From positions 1-33,858 of IMG/VR virus record IMGVR_UViG_3300048599_000859: DNA of 33,858 bases; one strand, 5' to 3'. This document shows positions 1-8,023 of the stretch, in pieces (the first letter of the stretch is position 1; every line of letters starts with the position of its first letter). The notes under the pieces are model-generated. The model saw only the letters and a list, made by a program, of their open reading frames with translations, did no database searches and was not told the DNA's origin. Source of the DNA: a virus (Duplodnaviria > Caudoviricetes). The position numbers and the translations under genes were made by a program.

Positions 1-597
1 TCAATGATGACCGCGTTCTCCTTGCTCTTGTTGCTGAGCAATATAGCGCAAAAAACGCAGTGCCTCATGCTGCTGTTCCTCCGTAAAAGAACTAAACAAA
101 TCTGAATTCTTCTGCTTTTGCTCGTTGCTTAATGCAACGGGCTCTTTTTTTTCTAACCCGAATAGTTCATTGGGCGTAATAGAGAAAAATTCGCAGAGCT
201 TTATCATCATATCTCCGCCAGGCATGTACTCGCCAGCTTCCCAAGCGGATACCCTGCCAGATATAACATTAAGCTCAGCCGCCAGATCGTCCTTGCTCAA
301 ACCCAAATTTGACCTGTACTTCATAATCTGCTGCCCTATTATCGATGCTACTTCTTTCGGGTCGACTTCTGATCTGTTACCACGATTATCTGAGGCGGGA
401 GGAAGATCGTTGCCGAGAATCTGGTCCGTTGAAACATTATAGTATTTTGCAAGCTTCTGAACAGTTTCCAATGAAGGCTGCCTTTTCCCCAACTCATAGT
501 TGCCATATGTGGTTTCGTGGATTTTCAGATAAGCGGCAACTTCCTTTCTTGATAAGTCCCTGGCTTCTCTTAAATCCTTCAGATTGTCCCCAATCAC
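1..597 (-). CDS. Phage repressor with two tandem XRE-type HTH domains
   Basis: Two HTH_3-like motifs (LKDLREARDLSRKEVA..YELGKRQPS and IMKYRSNLGLSKDDLA..WEAGEYMP); divergent from the early operon; GAGGGGGTG RBS. Confidence 0.88.
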   Translation of the reverse strand: MIGDNLKDLREARDLSRKEVAAYLKIHETTYGNYELGKRQPSLETVQKLAKYYNVSTDQILGNDLPPASDNRGNRSEVDPKEVASIIGQQIMKYRSNLGLSKDDLAAELNVISGRVSAWEAGEYMPGGDMMIKLCEFFSITPNELFGLEKKEPVALSNEQKQKNSDLFSSFTEEQQHEALRFLRYIAQQQEQGERGHH

Positions 598-623
598 TTA
601 TATCACCCCCTCTCATAATAAAG

Positions 624-779
624 TAGACATTAAGTCTAATCAAGACAATATACCAAAAATAGACAAAAAGTCTATACCGCAATTTTCTACAAAAACACTT
701 CGTATAATTTTGTACTTTCATGGTTGACAACGAGACAAATTGTCTATATATTTATATTGATAAGCAGACGATAAGACTA
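624..779. promoter_or_regulatory. Array of 15-bp palindromic operators, TAGACA-N3-WGTCTA
   Basis: TAGACATTAAGTCTA 624-638, TAGACAAAAAGTCTA 660-674, GAGACAAATTGTCTA 732-746, degenerate CAGACGATAAGACTA 765-779, all between divergent HTH genes. Confidence 0.8.
724..752 (+). promoter_or_regulatory. Sigma-A early promoter
   Basis: TTGACA (724-729), 17 nt, TATATT (747-752); one operator lies in the spacer. Confidence 0.85.
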
Positions 780-827
780 TTACCCATGCGAAGTGTCTAT
801 TCTATCTAGACGGGAGGGGACGATCAA

Positions 828-1034
828 TTGAATTGCGGCGCTTTTCTAAGGATGAAACGGCTTGCCAGAAGCATGACTCAAGCCGCTGTGGCTGAAAAAG
901 TGGGAGTAGCGGTGTCGGCAATAAACAAATATGAGCTTGATAAGCGGCGGCCAAGTCCCGAAGTAGCGCAGCAGCTCGGAGTGCTTTTAGACTTCGACTG
1001 GACGATTTTTTACAAGGGTAACACCGCTTCATGA
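828..1034 (+). CDS. Cro/Ner-like HTH regulator
   Basis: 68-aa XRE HTH (MTQAAVAEKVGVAVSAINKYELDKRRPS); GGAGGGG RBS; first gene of the early operon. Confidence 0.88.
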   Translation: MNCGAFLRMKRLARSMTQAAVAEKVGVAVSAINKYELDKRRPSPEVAQQLGVLLDFDWTIFYKGNTAS

Positions 1035-1047
1035 AAGGATGAACAGC

Positions 1048-1308
1048 ATGCCAAAAGACATTGATTTTGAGAACGTTTACGAAACCCACCGCATCGCGTA
1101 TTACGGGGAATGGGTCATTATCGAGATACTGGGGCGCCACGCCGGCTATCCGTTCGATTACTACGCATTCCTGCCGGGCTGCGACTTTACCCAAGCGGAA
1201 TACTCCAGCCTGGACTTCCTGGACGATTATTTCGGCGACGCCCTGTTTGATGACGACCTTCAGGAGCTCCTCCGCGAGATCGACCTCAACGACGAGGAAC
1301 ACAGATGA
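1048..1308 (+). CDS. Small acidic hypothetical protein
   Basis: AAAGGA RBS favours ATG 1048 over 1039; rich in D/E and aromatic residues; stop overlaps next start. Confidence 0.65.
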   Translation: MPKDIDFENVYETHRIAYYGEWVIIEILGRHAGYPFDYYAFLPGCDFTQAEYSSLDFLDDYFGDALFDDDLQELLREIDLNDEEHR

Positions 1309-1526
1309 GCACGCGCCGGAGCCATGGGCTGGTATGGCCGGAATGTAACGGCTGCGGAGACGAGCTGCCGGCCGAGGGAAGCTTTGATGACCTGGTACAG
1401 GCAAAAAAGAAAGCCGGCTGGAAGACGGATAAGACAGAGAACGGGTATGTGGATACGTGCCCGGCTTGTCAGAAGGGTAGCTCTAAACCGGAGCCGCCGG
1501 CAGCGAAGAGGAAGGATTTGATATGA
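1305..1526 (+). CDS. Small Zn-ribbon-like hypothetical protein
   Basis: CNGC...GWK...CPAC; ATGA overlaps at both ends. Confidence 0.7.
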   Translation: MSTRRSHGLVWPECNGCGDELPAEGSFDDLVQAKKKAGWKTDKTENGYVDTCPACQKGSSKPEPPAAKRKDLI

Positions 1527-2428
1527 ATACATATGAATGCGCCAGCTGCGGATCATCGTTTCATACCGCTGTGAACTGGGAGTTTCTCGAGAACAAAAAC
1601 TGCTCGGATTGCGGCGGAGCGCTTGTGCCGGCCCTGCCGTCGTATATGTACCTGAAAAAGAAAAAGCAGATAACAGAATCACCGGCCGGCTTTATCGCCA
1701 GCGCCATTTTCGCCGGTATCGCGGCGGCTGTCTGTATAATCGTGATCTTCTTCTTTCTGACCGCGCTGAACAGCCCCGGCGCCGCAGCGGTGGCGGTGCA
1801 GCCGGCGGCTACGGAAATCTCACCGGTGGCAGCTGAGGCGCCGGAGGACACGGCGGTCGTGTCAACGGCCATGCCGGTGATCGCCGGGCTGGTACCAGAG
1901 GCCGCGGACACGCCGGCGGAACCGCAGCCCATAACCGCCGAGGATTGGTACGGCGTCGCGCCGGTTGCCCTGGACGAACGGCTTCAGGGACTCTACATAC
2001 CAACGATCGCCGAGGTTGTTATGGCCGCGAAGATGACCTGGGGCGAGTCACGGGGTATCTGGTCCTTAACCGAGCAGGCGGCCGACATATGGTGCAGCCT
2101 AAACCGGGTCGATTCAAAAGGCTATGCGATGGGACACTCCCTTACATATGTCATCACCTTCCCCGATCAGTTCCACGGCTATAACCCAGGCCATCCGACG
2201 GTAGATGATTATGGGCGGGACATCACCGTACTGGCGGTCGACGTCATCACCCGCTGGCTGAACGAGAAGCTTGGATTTGAGGATGTCGGGCGCGTATTGC
2301 CTCCGGAATATCTCTGGTTCAGCAGCAATAAAAACCACACGCACAATATCTTCCGCGATCAGTACAGCAGCAGAGATCCCGCCTGCCACAAATGGGGCTG
2401 GAGCCTGCCGAGCCCGTACGATTCGTAA
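1523..2428 (+). CDS. Membrane-anchored SleB-like (Hydrolase_2) cell-wall hydrolase with N-terminal Zn ribbon
   Basis: CASC..CSDC, TM helix, Ala/Pro linker, then AKMTWGESRG..EQAA..LNRVDS..VITFPDQF motif. Confidence 0.75.
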   Translation: MNTYECASCGSSFHTAVNWEFLENKNCSDCGGALVPALPSYMYLKKKKQITESPAGFIASAIFAGIAAAVCIIVIFFFLTALNSPGAAAVAVQPAATEISPVAAEAPEDTAVVSTAMPVIAGLVPEAADTPAEPQPITAEDWYGVAPVALDERLQGLYIPTIAEVVMAAKMTWGESRGIWSLTEQAADIWCSLNRVDSKGYAMGHSLTYVITFPDQFHGYNPGHPTVDDYGRDITVLAVDVITRWLNEKLGFEDVGRVLPPEYLWFSSNKNHTHNIFRDQYSSRDPACHKWGWSLPSPYDS

Positions 2429-2439
2429 GAGGCGGTCAT

Positions 2440-2682
2440 ATGAAACGGTATTTCAGGGTCATCGGTCAGGACCGAGCCATCGTGCTGGACTTGAAGCCGC
2501 CGGCATCGAACGACAGCGCCGAAGATATAGGGACAAGGCTAAAACTGGACCTGAAGGAAATCTCGAAAGCTGAATATGATGAGACGGTCCGGGACGGGAC
2601 TAAACAGGACAGGCACCTTCTGCACAAAGAGGCCGCTTACGCAAATCTCGAACGAGATGAATACAGCCGAAACGGGGACTAG
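2440..2682 (+). CDS. Hypothetical protein
   Basis: GAGG RBS before ATG 2440; its stop lies in loop III of the predicted hammerhead. Confidence 0.6.
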   Translation: MKRYFRVIGQDRAIVLDLKPPASNDSAEDIGTRLKLDLKEISKAEYDETVRDGTKQDRHLLHKEAAYANLERDEYSRNGD

Positions 2683-2730
2683 CTCCCCGTCTGCCGGGAA
2701 TGGCCGCCCGGTACTGATGAGGCAGGCCGG
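2664..2730 (+). ncRNA. Hammerhead ribozyme, type II, with pseudoknot; predicted cut after C2691
   Basis: GCC-GAAA; stem III ACGGGGA/UCCCCGU; GUC triplet 2689-2691; stem I UGCCGGG/CCCGGUA; CUGAUGA 2714-2720; stem II GCC/GGC; loop I UGGCC can pair with GGCCG 2725-2729. Confidence 0.92.
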
Positions 2731-2786
2731 CAGCTGATAGCTGTTAACTGACAACGAACACCTTATAACAGACGGGTGGTGATACA

Positions 2787-4751
2787 TTGGCGCAACTTAC
2801 GGTCCGCGAGGTCGCTGAGCTGAAGGGCTGCAGCGAGCGTTACATACGAATGCTGATCACAGACGGCAAGCTGGAGGCAGCGGAAGAGCTCAGCCCGGAC
2901 AACCGGCAAAAGCAATACCTGGTCGATATCAACGACCTGCCGGCGGCGCTGCAGAAGCGGTATTACGCCCGGCTGAAGGCTGAGAGTCCGATCCCAGCGC
3001 TGATCGCGGAAACGAAGCGGCTGAAACCGCTTGACCAGTACAGCGCCCATGAGCGTGAGCAGATCGCCTTCTGGACGGCCATCATTGAAGAATGGATGCA
3101 GCACCGGCAGGGATTCGACCGTGTCACCGACGCGGATCCGCTCTTCGTATCGGCCCTGAAGCTGCGGTATAAGGATCTGGACATCAGCGTTGACATCCTT
3201 TACCGGCGGTACGCCGCCTATAAAAACGGCGACCTGGACGGGCTTATCGACAAGCGCGGCGGGTGGAACCGGGGGCATTCCTCAATACCGGACGCCATCT
3301 GGAACTACTTTCTATATGCTTATCTGGACGACAAGCGGCCACCCATCAGCCAATGCTATGAGCTGTGCCGGCAATGGACGCGGGAATACTCCCCGGAGCT
3401 GGCGGCTGAAATACCAAGCGAGCAGAGCTTCCGGCGGCGGGCAGCCAAGATTGAAAAGGCCGTGGTCACCATGGCACGGTACGGGCCCAAAGCCTTTGAT
3501 GACCGCGCTGCGCCTTACATCACCCGCCTTTATGATGAGCTGCAGGCGAACGACTACTGGATCGCGGACAACCACACCTGGGATATTATGACCGTCGCCG
3601 ACAACGGGACGGAAGTCGTCCACCGGCTGTATATTACCGGGTTTATCGACGCCCGTTCCGGCGTGATCGTCGGATGGAACATCACGGACAACCCCTGCGC
3701 GGCCTCGACGATCCTGGCCCTGCGGCACGCGATCATGCGCTTCGGTATCCCGTGGAAGATCTACGTAGACAACGGCATGGAATTCCTGACTTACGACGTC
3801 GGCGGCCGGGGCCACCGGGCCAAAGCCGGACAGGATTGGATAAAGAACCCGCCGCCGATCTTCACCAGGCTCGGCATAGAGATGGTCAACGCCATCGTGC
3901 GCAACGCCAAGGCAAAACCGATAGAAAGAACCTTCGGCACATTGAAAAATACCATATCGCGGTGTTTTGAGACCTTCACAGGCGGAAACATCATAGAAAA
4001 ACCGGAAAGCCTCAAATACACCCTGAAAAAAGGCAATATCCCGACCGATTCACGACTTCGTGAAGTGGTTGCCGATATGATCGACGGTATCTATAACGTC
4101 GGGGCCTACGGCGGCGCGATGAAAGCGGATCACGGCAAGGCCAGGATCGACGTTTGGAACGAATCCATCGCCGAGGCCGGCCAGCGGATCGCCGCCAAGG
4201 ACGATTTGGCGCTGATGCTCATGCGCAGCTCCCGGCCCCAGAAGGTCCGGCGAAACGGCGTATATATCACGGTCTGCGGCGAAAAGCTGGATTACTGGGA
4301 TGCCGACACCTGGACCATGCTGGATCAGGAGGTATATGTCCGGTACGATCCGGAGGATCTCTCCAGCGTCAGGGTTTATGACGCGGTGTCAGACAGGTAT
4401 ATCACGACGCTGCCGATGGCGCTGTCCACAACCCTGCTGTTCAACGCCGAGAGTGAGGATGTGGCCGTCGCCATGGAGGACGTGCGGCGCGTTAAAAAGG
4501 CTGTTAAACAGCGCATGAAAGACTATAAAACGGCCCTGCCGGCGGCGCAGCGTATCGATATCCTGGACATGCAGGTACGCCGGGCGCATGCCGGAAAAGA
4601 AGGCTTTATCATTCAGCCCAGCAAGCTTATCATACCGGTTTACGCCAATGAGGAGCCGCTTCGCAAGGTATCCGGCGGCAGTGCCGAGGGCGTCCTGATC
4701 GATATGGCGAAAATGAACCAAGCGGCGGCGCGCCGTAAAAATAAAGACTAA
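2787..4751 (+). CDS. MuA-like DDE transposase
   Basis: N-terminal HTH; WIADNHTWD, IYVDNGMEF and AKAKPIERTF catalytic motifs; C-terminal VRYDPEDLSSVRVYD Mu-transposase motif. Confidence 0.95.
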   Translation: MAQLTVREVAELKGCSERYIRMLITDGKLEAAEELSPDNRQKQYLVDINDLPAALQKRYYARLKAESPIPALIAETKRLKPLDQYSAHEREQIAFWTAIIEEWMQHRQGFDRVTDADPLFVSALKLRYKDLDISVDILYRRYAAYKNGDLDGLIDKRGGWNRGHSSIPDAIWNYFLYAYLDDKRPPISQCYELCRQWTREYSPELAAEIPSEQSFRRRAAKIEKAVVTMARYGPKAFDDRAAPYITRLYDELQANDYWIADNHTWDIMTVADNGTEVVHRLYITGFIDARSGVIVGWNITDNPCAASTILALRHAIMRFGIPWKIYVDNGMEFLTYDVGGRGHRAKAGQDWIKNPPPIFTRLGIEMVNAIVRNAKAKPIERTFGTLKNTISRCFETFTGGNIIEKPESLKYTLKKGNIPTDSRLREVVADMIDGIYNVGAYGGAMKADHGKARIDVWNESIAEAGQRIAAKDDLALMLMRSSRPQKVRRNGVYITVCGEKLDYWDADTWTMLDQEVYVRYDPEDLSSVRVYDAVSDRYITTLPMALSTTLLFNAESEDVAVAMEDVRRVKKAVKQRMKDYKTALPAAQRIDILDMQVRRAHAGKEGFIIQPSKLIIPVYANEEPLRKVSGGSAEGVLIDMAKMNQAAARRKNKD

Positions 4752-4765
4752 AAGGAGGAAAAAAC

Positions 4766-5701
4766 GTGTTCACAACAACCGAACAGCAGGCCCTTCTTGC
4801 CAAATTTGACGAATTGGCGACGCGCGAAGGCTCGCAGAACAAAGCCTGCGCCAAGGTCGGAGTCAAAGCGCCGATCATTTCCGCACTAAAAAAAGGCGAT
4901 TATCCCGGCAATGTCGAAGCCCAGTACTCCAAGCTCGACAGCTACTTTTCCGCCAAGGAAGCACAGGCTCAGCTGCCCTCTACCCAGATGGTCAACCGGG
5001 ACTACGTGCCGACGACCATTTCGCGCGATGTCTACAACACCATCAGGAACTGTCAGCTGCAGGGCGGCCTGGCCGATATCTGCGGGGACGCCGGTGTCGG
5101 CAAGACGATGGCCTGCAAGCGGTTTATCAGGGACTATCCCAACGACGCAATCTACATAGCATTGAACCCCTGTATCACGACGCTGAGGAGCGTCCTCCGG
5201 CTTTTATGCAACAGCTTGAATATCTCAGATAAGAGAAGCAACCACGACATGTGGTTTTCCATCGCAGCAAAGCTCCGGGACGGTATGGTGATTATTGTCG
5301 ATGAGAAGCAGCACGCGCCCGTCCGTACCGTCGATATGCTCAGGTCGTTTTCGGATTTCTTTTCAGAGCGCGGCCAGACGCTGGGGATAGCAATGGTTGG
5401 CAACATTGAAAAATTCGGCAGCCGGCACGGGAACACATCGGAAATGGATCAGATCAACAACCGCACTAAAAATGTCAGGTGCTACGAAACAAAGAGCGTC
5501 ATGCCGGAAGATATGATCCTGCTCTTCCCCGACCTGGCCGATCATAAAAAGGAGAAAGAGCTCGAATTCCTTCTGCTGGTCGCCCGCAGCCGTCAGGCCA
5601 TCCGCGGCGCCGTCAACCTGTACAACAACGCCATCGACAACGGCGACCCGACCTATACCGGCCTCGTCGCCATGGCCAAGCATATGTCCTTGAGGGTGTG
5701 A
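4766..5701 (+). CDS. MuB-like transposition AAA+ ATPase
   Basis: N-terminal HTH, Walker A GDAGVGKT, Walker B IIVDE; AAGGAGG RBS; directly follows the transposase. Confidence 0.92.
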   Translation: MFTTTEQQALLAKFDELATREGSQNKACAKVGVKAPIISALKKGDYPGNVEAQYSKLDSYFSAKEAQAQLPSTQMVNRDYVPTTISRDVYNTIRNCQLQGGLADICGDAGVGKTMACKRFIRDYPNDAIYIALNPCITTLRSVLRLLCNSLNISDKRSNHDMWFSIAAKLRDGMVIIVDEKQHAPVRTVDMLRSFSDFFSERGQTLGIAMVGNIEKFGSRHGNTSEMDQINNRTKNVRCYETKSVMPEDMILLFPDLADHKKEKELEFLLLVARSRQAIRGAVNLYNNAIDNGDPTYTGLVAMAKHMSLRV

Positions 5702-5705
5702 CGAG

Positions 5706-5933
5706 ATGGATGAATATGATCAGGCGATTGCCTGGCTTGAAAACGCCATCCGCGAGACAGACGAAACCCTGCCCGGCTGCTCAGAAGACCTGAAGGCCCA
5801 GCTCATTGAGCAGAGATCCATTTTTACTACCGCCCTGATCGCCCTGCGCACGCTGAAGATCGCGCAGGCCGAAACAGCCAGGCTGATGGAAAGGCTGCGG
5901 AACAGAAGCGTTCTGAGAGGTGTGCGGCAATGA
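5706..5933 (+). CDS. Hypothetical helical protein
   Basis: GAGGGTG RBS; tight operon packing. Confidence 0.65.
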   Translation: MDEYDQAIAWLENAIRETDETLPGCSEDLKAQLIEQRSIFTTALIALRTLKIAQAETARLMERLRNRSVLRGVRQ

Positions 5934-6235
5934 ATTCAATTGACAGATATCTTCGTGGAAACGCAGCCCATGACATATCCACCGAACGCGTCAGAGAGAT
6001 CTGCGACGCCGAGCGCGCGGGGCGGTGCTCTGTGATGCCCTGCAAACAATACGAGACTGTATACTACATTCTTGACGATCGGATTTATACGGGCTGGTAT
6101 CTCGCTAAAGTGGGAGAAAAGACACACCTTATTTTGCAAGACAGAATTGAAATGGGAATATGTTGGGTACCTGATGGATTCTGGTTTTTTACAAGCGCCG
6201 ACGCAGCGGCAGCGCTGACCTCATTACAAAAGTAA
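5930..6235 (+). CDS. Hypothetical phage protein
   Basis: GAGGTG RBS, ATGA overlap; ERVREICDAERAGRC..MPCK..TVYYI resembles a common Clostridia phage family. Confidence 0.7.
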   Translation: MNSIDRYLRGNAAHDISTERVREICDAERAGRCSVMPCKQYETVYYILDDRIYTGWYLAKVGEKTHLILQDRIEMGICWVPDGFWFFTSADAAAALTSLQK

Positions 6236-6261
6236 TTACATTCTGGGGGCTTCGGCTCCCG

Positions 6262-6327
6262 CCTAATGCGGCCACAGGAGACTAAAGTCTCCATGCCCGT
6301 CACAAGCCGGGAAAAACGCAGAGTGGG
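6262..6327 (+). ncRNA. Twister ribozyme (type P1, short P1), copy 1; predicted cut U6264/A6265
   Basis: UAA; P2 UGCG/CGCA; GC 6271-72 with GC 6306-07; P3 GGAGAC/GUCUCC; P4 CCCG/CGGG; loop UCACAAGC; CAC 6301-03 with GUG 6323-25; conserved GA. Confidence 0.9.
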
Positions 6328-6374
6328 AAACCAAAAAATCATAAACCGATATTACGGAAGAAAGGTGGATCGCT

Positions 6375-6422
6375 TTGAAGCGCAGAAGTGAAGTATTAAG
6401 AATTGTTGAGGTCAAGCTATGA
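6375..6422 (+). CDS. Possible 15-aa leader peptide MKRRSEVLRIVEVKL coupled to the methyltransferase
   Basis: AAAGGTG RBS, TTG start, TGA overlapping the MTase ATG. Confidence 0.3.
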   Translation: MKRRSEVLRIVEVKL

Positions 6423-7168
6423 ATTCCAGCAAGTGCAGAATTATCAATGCGGACAGCATTTATTACCTCCCGCAGTTGGAACCGAACAGCTTCGACGCCC
6501 TCATTACCGACCCGCCCTACTCATCAGGGGGTTTGAGTATGGCAGACCGACAGAAGAGCCCCCTTGAGAAGTACAGTCAGACCAATGCAAAGCGCGTTTT
6601 TGAGTACTTAAAGCATGAATTTAAAGGCGACAACATGGACCAGCGAGCCTGGACCAACTGGGCGGCTCATTGGCTGGGGCTATGCCGCAACGTCGTTAAA
6701 CCCGGCGGTGTCGCCGCAGTTTTTATAGACTGGCGCCAGCTGGCGAGCCTGTACGACGCGATCCAGTGGGCAGGATGGCTGCTACGCGGTGTTTTACCGT
6801 GGGACAAGATCAATGCCCGACCGCAGCCTGCGCGGCCGAGACAGCAGTGCGAATTCATCGTGTGGGCATCCAACGGCCCGCTGAGCACTACGCGGCCGGC
6901 GCCATATTTACCGGGCCTGTTTCAATACACGGCGCCCGCCCCGCAGAAAAGAACCCACCAGACCGAGAAGTCGCTCGATATGATGCGCCAACTGGTACAC
7001 ATCTGCGTCGACGGCGGCCGGATCCTGGACCCCTTCGCCGGCAGCGGCACGACGATCTGCGCGGCAGCGCTGGAGGGCTTCGAGGCACTCGGTATAGAGC
7101 TCGACGAGTACCACGCCCAGAAGGCTCAGGAGAGGCTTCAAAAATTGAATAATCAGACTTTTACTTAA
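6419..7168 (+). CDS. Orphan amino-DNA methyltransferase (N6-A/N4-C, beta class)
   Basis: TDPPYSSGG catalytic motif precedes HQTEK and LDPFAGSGTT SAM-binding motif. Confidence 0.93.
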   Translation: MNSSKCRIINADSIYYLPQLEPNSFDALITDPPYSSGGLSMADRQKSPLEKYSQTNAKRVFEYLKHEFKGDNMDQRAWTNWAAHWLGLCRNVVKPGGVAAVFIDWRQLASLYDAIQWAGWLLRGVLPWDKINARPQPARPRQQCEFIVWASNGPLSTTRPAPYLPGLFQYTAPAPQKRTHQTEKSLDMMRQLVHICVDGGRILDPFAGSGTTICAAALEGFEALGIELDEYHAQKAQERLQKLNNQTFT

Positions 7169-7227
7169 TGCGGCCACAAGCTTTTAACGGCTTGGCCCGT
7201 CACAAGCCGGGGTAAACGCAGAGTGGG
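7164..7227 (+). ncRNA. Twister ribozyme, copy 2; predicted cut U7166/A7167 inside the MTase stop codon
   Basis: Same core as copy 1 (UAAUGCGGCCA..GCCCGUCACAAGCCGGG..AAACGCAGAGUGGG) with a different but paired P3 (CAAGCU/GGCUUG). Confidence 0.9.
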
Positions 7228-7257
7228 GATGAAAGATACAGATAGGAGGAAAAAGCG

Positions 7258-7773
7258 ATGGCGAGGAAAAAAATACCCGACGCGTCACAGCTGCAGAGCT
7301 GGGATGATGTCAACCGGACGCTCATGGAGATCGCCCGCGGAGAGATAGAGCTCGCCGCAATAGAGGGCGACATGAACACCAAAATCAACGCAATCAAAGA
7401 AGCGGCTGAGGCTAAGGCCGCGCCGATCCGCACGGCCGTCGAGAAGCTGGGGGTCCAACTGAAGGACTTCGCGCAGCTCAATCGGCCCGATTTCGGCGAC
7501 AAGAAATCCAAAAAGCTGACCTTCGGCACGATCGGCTTCAGGGCGTCAAAATCTATTGAGATAAAAAAGACGCTGCTGGAGAAGATCATCGACAACCTGA
7601 AAAAGCTCAACATGGCCGACTGTGTGAAGGTCGTGGAGACGGTCGACAAGGATGTCCTGGGCACGTACCCGGACGATAAGATCATCGCCGCCGGCGCCGC
7701 CGTCAAGAAGAAGGATACCTTCTATTATGAGACCGACATCACGCAGCTGCCGTCGCCGACGCCGGAGGCCTGA
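7258..7773 (+). CDS. gam: Mu Gam-like host-nuclease inhibitor
   Basis: SWDDVNRTLMEI.. coiled coil, KKSKKLTFGTIGFRAS, VDKDVL, DTFYYE; AGGAGG RBS. Confidence 0.88.
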   Translation: MARKKIPDASQLQSWDDVNRTLMEIARGEIELAAIEGDMNTKINAIKEAAEAKAAPIRTAVEKLGVQLKDFAQLNRPDFGDKKSKKLTFGTIGFRASKSIEIKKTLLEKIIDNLKKLNMADCVKVVETVDKDVLGTYPDDKIIAAGAAVKKKDTFYYETDITQLPSPTPEA

Positions 7774-7778
7774 CAGCC

Positions 7779-8012
7779 ATGGCGCGGCCTTATAACCGGA
7801 TCGTCGGTTTTTCGGATCGTCTCTGTGAAGCGATCGACGACAGCGGGTTGACGACGCCGCAGATATGCGAGCGCTGCCGTATTGAGCGCAAGGCCTTTTA
7901 CGAATACAAAAGAGGTGAATATACCCCACCGGTCATCTTTCTCGCCAGACTCTGCAGCGTGCTGCACGTCTCAGCGGACTGGCTGCTGGGGTTGAAATCA
8001 ACAAAACAGTAA
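7779..8012 (+). CDS. XRE-family HTH protein
   Basis: FSDRL..GLT..QI..P...LARLCSVLHVSADWLLGL. Confidence 0.8.
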   Translation: MARPYNRIVGFSDRLCEAIDDSGLTTPQICERCRIERKAFYEYKRGEYTPPVIFLARLCSVLHVSADWLLGLKSTKQ

Positions 8013-8023
8013 GGAGGACGGTC

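Noticed and set aside
6262-7227. Twister repeats as CRISPR repeats, att sites or IS ends
   Set aside because: Only two copies, 900 nt apart; differences fall in a structure-preserving stem; the pattern fits a ribozyme
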